NCBI GenBank assembly: GCA_963767925.1
Contig: CAVYGB010000002.1
Span: forward strand, 608,001-672,000
Source of the DNA: an uncultured delta proteobacterium
Lineage (GTDB): Bacteria; Myxococcota_A; Polyangia; Fen-1088
Length of the DNA stretch: 64,000 nucleotides
Direction of reading: 5' to 3'
How positions within the stretch are numbered: position 1 is the stretch's first letter; every line of letters starts with the position of its first letter. The position numbers were made by a program, and so were the translations under genes. Of the stretch, positions 21,196 through 30,616 are shown piece by piece. Under the pieces are notes generated by a model that was given only the letters and a program-made list of their open reading frames with translations, did not search any database and was not told the DNA's origin.

Positions 21196-21912
21196 ATGGG
21201 TGATGTCGGCGCCGTGGGCGCCACCGAGCGACCGCGTGCACCGGAGGCGGCTCCGGCGCCCCCCTCGCGGGCGGATCTGGAGCTGGTGACGCGCGCGCTG
21301 GCGGGAGAGGCGACGGCGATGCGCGCGCTGATCGATCGGCTGCTGCCGGTTATCCAGACGCGGGTGGGCCTGGCCCTGATGCGCCGGCGTGGCCAGGCCC
21401 GCGGCCGCGACCTGCGCGCCGAGGTGGAGGATCTGAGCCAGGAGGTGTTCCTGGCGCTGCTCGAGCGGGAGGGGCGGGTCCTGCGCGGGTGGCAACCGGA
21501 GCGTGGGCTCTCGCTCAACGGGTTCGTGGGGCTGGTGGCCGAGCGCGAGGCGGGCGCCATCCTCCGCACCGGCAAGCGCAGCCCCTTCACCGAGGACCCC
21601 ACCGCGGACGACACGCTCCACCAGCTCGGGTCGGCGGCCCCCGGCGAGCGGGCGCCGGTCAGCGAGGCGATCGAGTCCCGCGACCTGCTGGAGGTTGTCG
21701 TCGATCGCCTGCGCGAGCGGCTCAGCCCGCAGGGCTTCTGGCTGTTCCAGCTCCTGTACGTGGAGGAGCGCTCGATCGAGGAGGCCTGCGCGTCGACCGG
21801 CATGAAGGCCGACGCCCTGTACGCCTGGCGCAGCCGCATCGGCAAGCTGGCGCGCGAGGTTCGCGACGAGCTGGCCGGCGCGCCCGGCCCCGGAGAGAGA
21901 GGACCATCATGA
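21196..21912 (+). CDS. RNA polymerase sigma-70 factor, ECF subfamily
   Basis: DLELVTRALAGE..AMRALIDRL, VEDLSQEVFLALL (region 2), SIEEACASTGMKADALYAWRSR (region 4); alternative start GTG 21181. Confidence 0.9.
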   Translation: MGDVGAVGATERPRAPEAAPAPPSRADLELVTRALAGEATAMRALIDRLLPVIQTRVGLALMRRRGQARGRDLRAEVEDLSQEVFLALLEREGRVLRGWQPERGLSLNGFVGLVAEREAGAILRTGKRSPFTEDPTADDTLHQLGSAAPGERAPVSEAIESRDLLEVVVDRLRERLSPQGFWLFQLLYVEERSIEEACASTGMKADALYAWRSRIGKLAREVRDELAGAPGPGERGPS

Positions 21913-22616
21913 GCAGCGACGACGAACGCCTGCTGAGCCGCATGGGGCAGGCCCTGCGCGATCGGCAGGGGCGCGAAGAGGCGGCGGCGAGCGAGGGGCT
22001 CCCGCGGGAGCTGACCGAGCCGCTGCCGGCGAGCTTCCGCGAGGCGCTGGCCGAGCGGGCGTTGCAGACCCTGGGACCGGCGCGGGCGGCGCCGGCGGTG
22101 GCCGCCCGGCCCATCGCGAGCGCCCGGCCCCGCCGCCGGTGGCTGGCGCCCTCCTTCGTGCTGGCGCTCGGGGCCGCGGCGGCCGCCTGGATGATGTGGC
22201 GGGCGCCGGCGTTGCCCGCCTACGCCCTGGCGCTCGAGGGGGGCGACGCGCCCCTGCGTGGGGCGCCGGCGGCGGCGGGACCCGGGCGCGTGACCCTGGC
22301 CCGCGATTCGCGCCTCGAGCTCGTGTTGCGTCCGGCCACCCCGGTCGAGGGGGCGGTGCAGGCGCGGATCTACCTCGCGGGCGATCCGCCGGTTCCCCTC
22401 GACGCCGCCGTGGAGGTGGCGCCCAGCGGAGCCGTGCGCTGGTCCGGCACCGCCGAGCAGCTCGTGGGGGCCCGCACCGGGGAGGTCGATCTCCTGGTGG
22501 TGGTGGGCCGCCCGGCCGCCTTGCCCGCCCCCGGCGAGCTCGCGCGGCAGCCGGAGGGCGGGCGCACCTGGCAGCGCTTCCGGGTCCCGCTGCGGGTTGT
22601 CGTCAGCGAACGATGA
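21909..22616 (+). CDS. Putative single-TM anti-sigma factor
   Basis: ATGA overlap with the sigma; short cytoplasmic N-terminus, RRRW + TM (FVLALGAAAAAWMMW), C-terminal beta domain. Confidence 0.7.
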   Translation: MSSDDERLLSRMGQALRDRQGREEAAASEGLPRELTEPLPASFREALAERALQTLGPARAAPAVAARPIASARPRRRWLAPSFVLALGAAAAAWMMWRAPALPAYALALEGGDAPLRGAPAAAGPGRVTLARDSRLELVLRPATPVEGAVQARIYLAGDPPVPLDAAVEVAPSGAVRWSGTAEQLVGARTGEVDLLVVVGRPAALPAPGELARQPEGGRTWQRFRVPLRVVVSER

Positions 22617-25476
22617 CCCGGAAGGCGGCCCAGTCGGCGTCCGGCCGGTCGCGCGCCAGGCTCCGCTGCGCCAGGCGCAGGGCCTCGCCCAGGTCGGCGA
22701 GGTCGCTGCGGTGAAGGCGGGTGGCCAGCTCGCGCGCCACCCCGTCGCCCACCTCGCGCACGCTGGCCACCACCGCCTCCGACCCGGCGAGCACGAAGGC
22801 GTGGGCCAGCCCCAGCTCGGCCCCGGCCTGGCGCTGGCTGCGCCCGGTCTCGCAGCCCGAGAGCACCACCGTGCGCGGGACGGCGTCCGCGGAGAGGGCC
22901 AGCACGTCGGCCACCGCCAGGGCGGTCCCGCCCGCCAGCGGCAGCTCGCTGCCCATCCCGTCGGGCGCCGCGAAGCGGCCGTGGCCGGCGTAGTGAAACA
23001 GGTCGGCCCCCGCCAGCAGCGGCCGCACCCGCGCCGCCGACAGCTCCCCCTGCAGCCCGACCGCCTCCAGCACCCGCGTCGCGCCACGCGCGCGCAGCAA
23101 GGCCACCACCTCGGCCCCCTCGCGGCGCGCCCCGGGCAGGTCGCCGCCCGGATCGGCCACCACCACCGCGGGCCCCGGGACCGCGGGGCGTGACGGCGAC
23201 GGCGGCAGATCCAGGCTGTAGACAACCTGCCGGCGGGAGCCGAGCGGCTCGCCCTGGAACGGCAGGGCGTGGAAGTCCACCCCCGACAGCGGGCCGTAGC
23301 CGAGCACCCGCACCCGGCGCGCGGCCGCCAGCGGCGGTCCGAACGGGCGCAGCAGCCGGGCGGCCAGCTCGGCGGGCGGCGCCGCCGGGTCCACCGGCCC
23401 GAGCTGCACCAGCTCCGTCGCGCCTTCGCTGATCAGGTAGCCCTGCCAGGTTGTCGGGCCGGCGGGGCCCCGGCTGGCGGGATGAAAGCCCAGGATGGCC
23501 TCGCCGGGCCCCGGCGGGGACAGCGGCGCCCGCTGCGCCGCCGGGGCGAGCCGGGCCAGCGCGGCGGCCAGCTCCTGCCGCGCTTCCCGGGCGATCTGCT
23601 GCTCGGACGCCCGGGCCGCCGCCAGCTCCGATCCGGGCAGGCTCCAGCGCCGCTCGGCCAGGGCCTCGAGGCGGGCCCGCGCGGCCAGGAACGCGCCGGC
23701 GGCCCGCTCCCAGCTCCGCCGCAGCGCCGGGTCGAGGGCGCGCGCGCCGTCGTGCAGGCGGGCGTGCAGGAGATCCCGGGGACGCAGGCCCACCAGGGTG
23801 CGGCCGCGCCCGCGGCGGGCCACCTCGATCGCCTCCACCGTCCGCCCGGCCGCCTGCAGCGCCGCGATCAGCTCGCCGGTGGCCAGGTCGCGGGCGCCGA
23901 GGAAGTCGCTGCGCCCCTCGCCCAGCGGCACCTGGTTGATCTGATCGTCGAGCAGCGCTTCGGCCTCCTGGTAGGCGGCGATGGCCTCCATTCGCTGACC
24001 CTGCAGCGCCCGGGCGCGGGCGCGCCCCACCGCCGCCCGCCAGCGCGCCTCACCGGCCAGCGTGCGGGCCGCCAGCTCCTCGAGCCGCTGGTAGGCCGCC
24101 AGCGCCGCGGCAGGCTCCCCCGCCGCCAGGGCGGCGCGCCCCTCGAGATCGATCCGCCACAGCTCGATGAAGGTCTGCGGCGGCTGCTCGCCCGCGCCTG
24201 CCGCCGCGAGCGACTCCCGGGCTGGCCCCACCTGCCCCGCCTGCAGGTGGGCCAGCGCCAGGTTGACCGCGGCGTTGGCGAGCTGGCCGCCCGCGGTGGG
24301 ACAGGCGCCGCGATAGAGCGCGAGCGCCTGCTCGGCCCGCGCGATGGTCCCATGCACGGAGCCCGCCACCGCCGGCGAGGTCCCCGCCTCGCGGGCCATC
24401 GCCTCCTGCCAGGCCAGGCTGCTCAGGAACCCGGCGCGCTCGCAGGGCGCGCGGCCTGCCGCCGCGCCGGCCAGCGCGCGAAAGGCTGCCAGCGCCTCCT
24501 CGAAGCGGCCGAGGGCGCCCAGCATGGCCGCCTCCTGCCGCCGGGCCAGCCAGACATCCAGCGGCTGGTCGAGCCGCTCGGCCCGCGCCGCGGACGAGGC
24601 GAACGCCGCCAGCGCGCCGGCCAGGTCCCCCGACCGCTGCGCCAGGTACCCGCGCTGCATGTCCTGCCACAGCGCCGCCATCCCGCTCACCTGCAGGGCG
24701 GCTGCCTGCTCCAGGCGCGCCCGCGCCGCTGCCAGATCGTGCCGCCGGGTCAGGTGGCCATGGGCGAGGGCCAGGTGGTACCGCGCGGCCGACAGCCGCG
24801 CCCCCGACCGCGCCGCCTGCTCCGCCGCCTGGCCCCGCAGGTCGAACCACCGCCCGACCTCCCCGCGCGCCTGCGCCACCTCCGCCCGCAGGGCCAGGCC
24901 GAGCGCGCGCTGCCGATCGTTCAGCGCGGGCCAGGCGCGATCGACCAGGCTGGCCGCCCCGGGCCCGTCGCCCGCAGCCAGCCGGGCGATCGCCGCCTGC
25001 AACGCCGGGTGCGGCTGGGCGGCGACGAGGTCGAGCTGCCAGCGCCAGCGGCGTCCGGCCTGCCGCACCTCGAGCGCGATCGCCTGCCGCGGATCGGGCG
25101 CGGACACGACGAGCTGGACGCCGCCCGGCAGGCGCTGCTGCCGCGCCCCCGCCGGCGCCCGCACCTCGGCCCCGGGCGCGACGGGCGCCCAGATCACAAG
25201 CCGCGTCCGTGGCCCCACGGCGCAGCCGCCACCGGCGAGCACCTCCTCGCACCCGGCCACCTCCACCCCGGCGAGCGCCTCCAGGGGCCCGCCGTGAAGG
25301 CCGAGCCCGGCGGCCACCGCGAGGGGGACGGCGCTGGCGGCGAGCGCCAGGGCGATCCGACGGCCCACCGGGACCGCCCATCCGGGCGGGTGCACCTGCG
25401 CGTCGAGCTCCGGCGGTGTCAGGCCCGGGGCAGCCGGGGTCGAGGGAAGTCCGCTGGCCACCGGCTCGCTCTTCAT
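22603..25476 (-). CDS. TPR-CHAT domain protein (caspase/separase-like protease) with N-terminal hydrophobic anchor
   Basis: C-terminal LFHYAGHG (His) and VVLSGCETG (Cys) dyad, GLAHAFVLAG, WAAF; TPR-like helices; N-terminal IALALAASAVPLAVAAGLGL. Confidence 0.9.
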   Translation of the reverse strand: MKSEPVASGLPSTPAAPGLTPPELDAQVHPPGWAVPVGRRIALALAASAVPLAVAAGLGLHGGPLEALAGVEVAGCEEVLAGGGCAVGPRTRLVIWAPVAPGAEVRAPAGARQQRLPGGVQLVVSAPDPRQAIALEVRQAGRRWRWQLDLVAAQPHPALQAAIARLAAGDGPGAASLVDRAWPALNDRQRALGLALRAEVAQARGEVGRWFDLRGQAAEQAARSGARLSAARYHLALAHGHLTRRHDLAAARARLEQAAALQVSGMAALWQDMQRGYLAQRSGDLAGALAAFASSAARAERLDQPLDVWLARRQEAAMLGALGRFEEALAAFRALAGAAAGRAPCERAGFLSSLAWQEAMAREAGTSPAVAGSVHGTIARAEQALALYRGACPTAGGQLANAAVNLALAHLQAGQVGPARESLAAAGAGEQPPQTFIELWRIDLEGRAALAAGEPAAALAAYQRLEELAARTLAGEARWRAAVGRARARALQGQRMEAIAAYQEAEALLDDQINQVPLGEGRSDFLGARDLATGELIAALQAAGRTVEAIEVARRGRGRTLVGLRPRDLLHARLHDGARALDPALRRSWERAAGAFLAARARLEALAERRWSLPGSELAAARASEQQIAREARQELAAALARLAPAAQRAPLSPPGPGEAILGFHPASRGPAGPTTWQGYLISEGATELVQLGPVDPAAPPAELAARLLRPFGPPLAAARRVRVLGYGPLSGVDFHALPFQGEPLGSRRQVVYSLDLPPSPSRPAVPGPAVVVADPGGDLPGARREGAEVVALLRARGATRVLEAVGLQGELSAARVRPLLAGADLFHYAGHGRFAAPDGMGSELPLAGGTALAVADVLALSADAVPRTVVLSGCETGRSQRQAGAELGLAHAFVLAGSEAVVASVREVGDGVARELATRLHRSDLADLGEALRLAQRSLARDRPDADWAAFRVIVR

Positions 25477-25487
25477 CTTCGACTCCC

Positions 25488-25515
25488 TGTCAGGAAGGAC
25501 GCCTCGCCGGCAAAA
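25488..25515 (+). promoter_or_regulatory. Putative ECF promoter TGTCAG-N16-GCAAAA (copy 3)
   Basis: tgtcag gaaggacgcctcgccg gcaaaa, 43 nt upstream of the S8 gene. Confidence 0.7.
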
Positions 25516-25558
25516 GATTCCCGGGGGTGAAGCGTTCACTCTCCGAGGAGGTCCTTCC

Positions 25559-27747
25559 ATGTACATCCGGATCGCGCTGTCTGCACTCTCCCTGCTGGCC
25601 CTGTCGCCCGCCTGCCGGCCCGACGACCCGACCGCGACCGCCGCGGCGCTGGCGCTCGACGACGACCTGGAGGCGGAGCTGCTGGCCCAGTCCTGCTCGG
25701 GCACCGTGCTCGTCGCCGAGGGCAAGGCCTGCGTCCCGCACCCACAGTGGCGGGCGCGGCCGCTGTTCGACGAGGCGAACCGCGGCGCCGGACGGCTCGA
25801 CCGCTACTGTGTGTTCGAGTGGGAGGGCGACGGCGTGCCCCGGCCCGACCAGTACCCGCACGCCGACGACCCGGATCCCCCCGCCCCGACTGCGCCGCCG
25901 CGAGCCCCCTGGCCCCCCTGCCCCCGGAGCCCCCGCTGCTCACCGAGGGGCAGCTCGAGGCGCGTTTCCTCGATCACGTGCGCGCCCTGCCCGCCCTGCC
26001 GGCGGCCACCGATCCCGCCGCGGTCCCGGTGGCGGTCTCGGTGATCGACACCGCCCGGGAGCTCGGCGCGCCCGGCGCGCCCGGCGCCGGCAACGCCCCC
26101 CACGGGCGGGCCATGGGCCTGCTCATCGACCGGCTCGCCTGCCCGCCCGGCGGCGCCTGCGCCGCCCGCATCGACAACGTCCCCGCGCTGCGCATGGTCC
26201 GCACGCCCGCGGGCCTACGCCGCGACAGCAACGGCGGCTACTGGGGCTACCTCGGCGACATCGCCTGGGGCATCGGGCTGGCGGTCGCCGGGCGCCCCGC
26301 CGGCCACCACCACATCCTGAACCTCAGCCTCGGCTGGAACGCCGAGCTCGGGGACGTGGGGGCCGCCACCCGGCCGCACGTGCGGGCGGTCCACGATGCC
26401 CTCCGCTACGCCCGCTGCAGCGGCGCCCTGCCGATCGCCGCCGCCGGCAACACGCGCGGGCAGCGGCCGCCGCCCGAGGGCCCGCTGGTGCCGGCCGCCT
26501 GGCAACGGCTGCCCGCCCCCACCGCCGCCGCCTGCCAGAGCGACTTCGGCATCACGCCGCCGGCGCCGCTGGCCGGCCCGCTGGTCTTCGCGGTCAGCGC
26601 CGTCGATCCCTTCGACCGCGCCCTCACCACCACCCCGCCGGGCGGCGTCGCCCCGCTGGCCGCCCCCGGGCTGCAGGTGGTGGTGAGCGACGGCAACCCA
26701 CCGCCCGGCCCGCCACCGGTCGGCCCCCAGACCGGCTCGTCGCCGGCCGCCGCCACCGCCTCGGCGCTGGCCGCCATCGTCTGGACCTATTACCCCGAGC
26801 TGCCGCCCGACCAGGTCATGGCTCGAGTCGCCGCCGCCGGCGTCGAGCTCGACGAGCCGGCGGACTTCTGCTTCCAGAAGAGCCCCTGCCCCCCGGTGCG
26901 CCGCCTCTCCACCTGCGCCCTGGTCCAGGCCGCCTGCCAGGACGGCCGCTGCAGCCCCGTCCCCGCCTGCGAGCCCGACGCGCCCCGCGGCGCTCCCCTG
27001 CCCGGCGGCCCGCACGCGCCGCTGCCCCGCACCTGCGCTGAAACCCGCGCCCCCCACGGCTGCGCCGAAGATCCCCGGGACGCCATCGGCAACCGCCGCA
27101 TGTTGCCCCTCGGCGACCCCCAGCCCAACGAAGACCCCTGCGGCTCGACCTGCGGGCTCGGCGCCGCGGAGTCCCTGCACGCAACAGCCCGCGCGGCGCC
27201 CGCGGAACCGCCCGCCGCGCGCCCCGCCACCGCCCCGCTGCGCCTCGAGCTGCCCATCAACCCCAACCTCTCCGGCTACGCCTTCTCCGCCCACCGCCTC
27301 TGGATCCGCGACGACGCCACCCCCACCCGCGGCTGGCTGCAGATCGACCTGCGCGCCCGCCTCCCCGCCGACCAGCCCGGCGGCGCCACCTTGCGCCTCG
27401 AGCTCGACCCGGGCGCCGAAGGCATCACCGGCCAGATCCACGCCGCCCAGATCGACTTCACCTTCGAAGAGCGCCTCCTCGACGGCCGCCCCCTCCGCCG
27501 CCTCGTCGGCAGCCCCATCACCGTCCCCCCGCCTCCGGCCCACCCGCCCCCGCCCGGTCGCGCTGAACGGCGCCCGCGCGACCTGCTCGCCATTTTGCAT
27601 GACCGCGGCGGAGGCCGGTCGGCGCCGAGCCGCCCGCGCGAGCTCCTGCTCGCTGGAGATCGGGTTGGCGGTCCGCATCCGGGGCCTGCGGCCGGGCGCT
27701 GCAGGGCCGGCCTTTTACCAGTCGGACTTTTACCAGTCCTGGCTTGA
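25559..27747 (+). CDS. S8 subtilisin-like serine peptidase lipoprotein, frameshifted at C6 25877-25882 (true stop may be 27566)
   Basis: SD gaggagg; lipobox SPAC; triad VIDT / HGRAM / TGSS, oxyanion AAAGN, ILNLSLG; one extra C in the C6 run joins the two frames. Confidence 0.8.
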
Positions 27748-27785
27748 CCGGCCACTGCCGCGCTTCTAACGTCCGGCCCGCCGCC

Positions 27786-28676
27786 ATGAAGCCGAAGCGC
27801 GCGTTCCTGGTCTCCCGGTCCTGGCTGTGGCTGCTGGCGCCGCTCGCCGCCTGCGCCGCGCGATCACCGGTCCCGTCGGTCCTGGTCAAGCCCCTGGTCG
27901 CGGGCGAGCAGCTGTTCGGCGAGTCGCTCCCCCCCATGACCGTCGTGCTCACCTACGACGACGGCCCCGACGAATCCACCCTGCCAATCGCGCGCTACCT
28001 GCAGAGCGAGGGCCTCTCGGTCACCTTCTTCGTCAACGGCGGCCGCTTCTGCAAGCAGGCCGACGCCGCCGGCAATTGCCTGCAACCGATGGAGACCCGC
28101 CCCTGCGACGACGGCCGCGCCCAGGCCGCGGTGACCACCCCGCGCTACTACCCCGAATCGCTGCTCGACGAGCTGCAGGCCCTGGGCCACCGCATCGGCA
28201 ACCACACCCAGAGCCACTGCCACCTCACCAAGCAGACCGATCCGGAGCACCTCGACTGGGAGATCAGCGCCACCCAGGAGATCCTCGACCGGCACATCCG
28301 CGACGGCGTGTACCTGTTCCGCGCCCCCTTCGGCCACTGGGACCAGGCCACCGCCGATCGGCTCGCGAAGTCGAAGGTGTGGCCCCGGCTCACCGGCCCC
28401 ATCAACTGGGACGTCGACGGGGACGACTGGGACTGCTGGCGCGCGCAGAGCTCGCCCGATCAGTGCGTGGAGAACTACATCCGCATCCTGGCCGCCCGCC
28501 CCAACCACAACGGCGTCTTCATCATGCACGACCGCCCCGAGTTCAACGTGGGCATCGACGGCCCCCTACAAATGACGAAGATCCTCATCCCCCGCCTACG
28601 CGCCCACGGCTACAAGTTCGCCACCGTAACCGACCTCCTCGCCCTCCCCCCCCAGGCCCGCCTCGCCCAGCGCTGA
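27786..28676 (+). CDS. Polysaccharide deacetylase (CE4/NodB) lipoprotein
   Basis: LTYDDGP, TFFVNG, IGNHTQSH, FRAPFG, WDVDGDDW, IMHD. Confidence 0.9.
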   Translation: MKPKRAFLVSRSWLWLLAPLAACAARSPVPSVLVKPLVAGEQLFGESLPPMTVVLTYDDGPDESTLPIARYLQSEGLSVTFFVNGGRFCKQADAAGNCLQPMETRPCDDGRAQAAVTTPRYYPESLLDELQALGHRIGNHTQSHCHLTKQTDPEHLDWEISATQEILDRHIRDGVYLFRAPFGHWDQATADRLAKSKVWPRLTGPINWDVDGDDWDCWRAQSSPDQCVENYIRILAARPNHNGVFIMHDRPEFNVGIDGPLQMTKILIPRLRAHGYKFATVTDLLALPPQARLAQR

Positions 28677-28688
28677 AGGCCCCCGGCA

Positions 28689-28779
28689 GCGAGCGTCGTC
28701 GCGGTCGAGCGGCGCCGGGGCTCGCACGACGGCATCATGATGCTACTCGCCTGTTCGTCCGAAAACAGAGCGTCAAGCC
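28689..28779. repeat. Degenerate direct repeat of 30208-30300 (vapB 5' end plus operator/promoter)
   Basis: gcgagcg.cgtcg.ggtcgagcg...tcgca.ga.ggcatcatgatgc...aaaca.agcgtca.agcc shared by both sites. Confidence 0.75.
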
Positions 28780-28844
28780 GTGGATGCCGGACGCAAGGCG
28801 AGGCTCTTGCTGGCGGGCGGGCGGAGGAGGAGTATGATCTTCGT

Positions 28845-29072
28845 ATGCAGAAGGCCCGCGTGACCGTGACGGTGAGACGAGACATCCTCGCCAAGGCCGA
28901 GCGGCAAGTGAAAAAGGGGCGAGCGAAGTCTGTGAGCGCGTGGGTCGACTCCGCCATGGAGGAAAAGGCGCGTCGTGAGGATCTGGCGTCTCTCCTGGCG
29001 GAGATGAAGGCGGAGAGCGGCCCCGCCAGCCCTGAAGAGGAAGCTTGGGCGCGCGACGTCCTCGGCCTGTAG
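28845..29072 (+). CDS. Antitoxin, ribbon-helix-helix type
   Basis: ARVTVTVRRDIL..VSAWVDSAMEEK; overlaps the PIN gene; -10 TATGAT 6 nt before the ATG. Confidence 0.8.
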   Translation: MQKARVTVTVRRDILAKAERQVKKGRAKSVSAWVDSAMEEKARREDLASLLAEMKAESGPASPEEEAWARDVLGL

Positions 29073-29437
29073 TCCTCGACGCCGGTGCGCTCATTGCTTT
29101 CGAGCGCAACGATGCCCGGGTGCGCACCTTGATCGAACTGGCGCTGCGCCACGGCGCCGCACTCTTTGCCCCCGCGGGCGTCGTCGCGCAAGTCTGGCGC
29201 GACGGCAGTCGGCAAGCGCGACTCGCTCGTCTCATCGGTTCGGGCCTGGTTTCGGTTCAGGTGCTCGATCTCGAGGAGGCACAAGCAGCCGGCGTGTTGT
29301 GCGGGCGCCGCAAGAGCCGCGACATCGTTGACGCGAGTGTTGCATTGCTCGCCCGTCGGCATGGCGCGAAAGTCGTGACCAGCGATCCAGAAGACCTCCG
29401 GCGGATCGATCAGACCCTGGATCTCGTGGTCTGCTGA
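29045..29437 (+). CDS. vapC: PIN-domain (VapC) toxin
   Basis: VLDAGALIA...VVAQVWR...DIVDASVALLA...VVTSDPEDL. Confidence 0.85.
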   Translation: MGARRPRPVVLDAGALIAFERNDARVRTLIELALRHGAALFAPAGVVAQVWRDGSRQARLARLIGSGLVSVQVLDLEEAQAAGVLCGRRKSRDIVDASVALLARRHGAKVVTSDPEDLRRIDQTLDLVVC

Positions 29438-29551
29438 GCCAGCTCGGGCGGCCCGGCGGATCACGCCGCGAGGTAAGGCTTCGTCGACGCCCCCCCGGCG
29501 CAACGATTGCCCGTAACGCCGCGTGCTTCGTCGCGAAGCCATCGCAGGCGT

Positions 29552-29983
29552 TCACGCGCGCAGCGGGTTGACCCAGCGAAGGCCTTCGAACCGGCCGAAG
29601 TCGCCGTCGGTCGAGTGGACCTCGCCGTTGACCTCGATCGCGTGCGCGGCGATCTGCACGTCGGTCGTGAGATTGGCGGCCGTCCCCAGGCGCCGGAGCA
29701 GGCGAAAGGCCGTCTGCAGATGGGTGCGCCCGGGGACGAGCGTGCTGACGTTGGCTCGGTCGAGCCAGGCCTCGACCCGGTCGATGGCGTCGGTCACAGG
29801 CAGCGGCGCGGTGAAGACCCGGCGGTTGGTCGCCAGGCGAATGAAGCCGAACAGACAGACCGGCGCGAGGCCCACCTGGCGATCTCCGCTGAGGGCGTCT
29901 TCCCACCACTTCCGCGCGGCAGGGTGCAATGGGTGAGCGTCGATCTCGGCGAAGAGCAGCAGGTTGACGTCGGGAACGATCAC
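29552..29983 (-). CDS. vapC: VapC PIN-domain toxin
   Basis: PDVNLLL...GFIRLATN...NLTTDVQIAAHAIE...STDGDFGRF..WVNPL. Confidence 0.92.
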   Translation of the reverse strand: MIVPDVNLLLFAEIDAHPLHPAARKWWEDALSGDRQVGLAPVCLFGFIRLATNRRVFTAPLPVTDAIDRVEAWLDRANVSTLVPGRTHLQTAFRLLRRLGTAANLTTDVQIAAHAIEVNGEVHSTDGDFGRFEGLRWVNPLRA

Positions 29984-30246
29984 CGACCCGCCCGCATCTT
30001 CTCGACAACGGCATCGTCCTCGAGCTCATCGGCCAGGCGGTTGAGCCCTTCGGCGTCGATGCCAGGTCGCAAGGTGGTCCGGTGTGGCGACACGCGATAG
30101 GGCGCGGGCCGCTTGCCCGCCGCGCGGGGCGCCAGCCCCCTCCGGATGGCCTCGTTCACCACCTGCTTGAAAGGCTTGCGCTGTCGGTGCGCCTCCTCCT
30201 CCAGCATGCGAGCGACGTCGGGGTCGAGCGTCAAGGTGGTTCGCAT
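29980..30246 (-). CDS. vapB: VapB antitoxin (RHH)
   Basis: MRTTLTLDPDV...FKQVVNEAIRRGL; 4-nt overlap with vapC. Confidence 0.9.
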   Translation of the reverse strand: MRTTLTLDPDVARMLEEEAHRQRKPFKQVVNEAIRRGLAPRAAGKRPAPYRVSPHRTTLRPGIDAEGLNRLADELEDDAVVEKMRAGR

Positions 30247-30266
30247 GAAGGCATCATGATGCCTTC
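30247..30266. promoter_or_regulatory. Perfect 20-bp palindrome, putative VapB operator overlapping the -10
   Basis: gaaggcatca|tgatgccttc immediately upstream of the vapB ATG. Confidence 0.75.
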
Positions 30267-30616
30267 CGGTCGCCCGATCAAGAAACACAGCGTCATAGCC
30301 TTGTACGCCGGTGCTTCCGGAGGGAGCGACATGAAAGCCGCGGCGCTGGTCCTGTCGGTACGCTCATCACTCGGGCGCCTGGAGACGGATGTACGACTAT
30401 TGGTTGCCGTGATCACGCCAGCAAGCATTCGGGGCGCGGCTATTTCTTCGCGTCGGTGACGTTCCTGAAACCGTTCCTCGGCCTCGGCACGCTGGCTCCC
30501 GAAGCCATTCCTTGGCCGCGCCAGCCGCGGAGAAGCCGGACCCGCGGCCTCGCTCCGGTTTCATCGCGCTGGCCTTTTGCCGCCCTTCTGTTCGATCGTC
30601 GGATGAAGGGGGCGCT

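Noticed and set aside
25417..25444. Fourth TGTCAG promoter copy
   Set aside because: The 16-nt-spaced downstream box is GTCGAG, not GCAAA
29461..29500. Transposase C-terminal relic (STKPYLAA-stop) between the two vapC genes
   Set aside because: Too short to distinguish from chance
30331..30459. Small ORF or decayed lipoprotein gene after the TA cluster
   Set aside because: SD and ATG are present but the frames are broken and no family is recognisable
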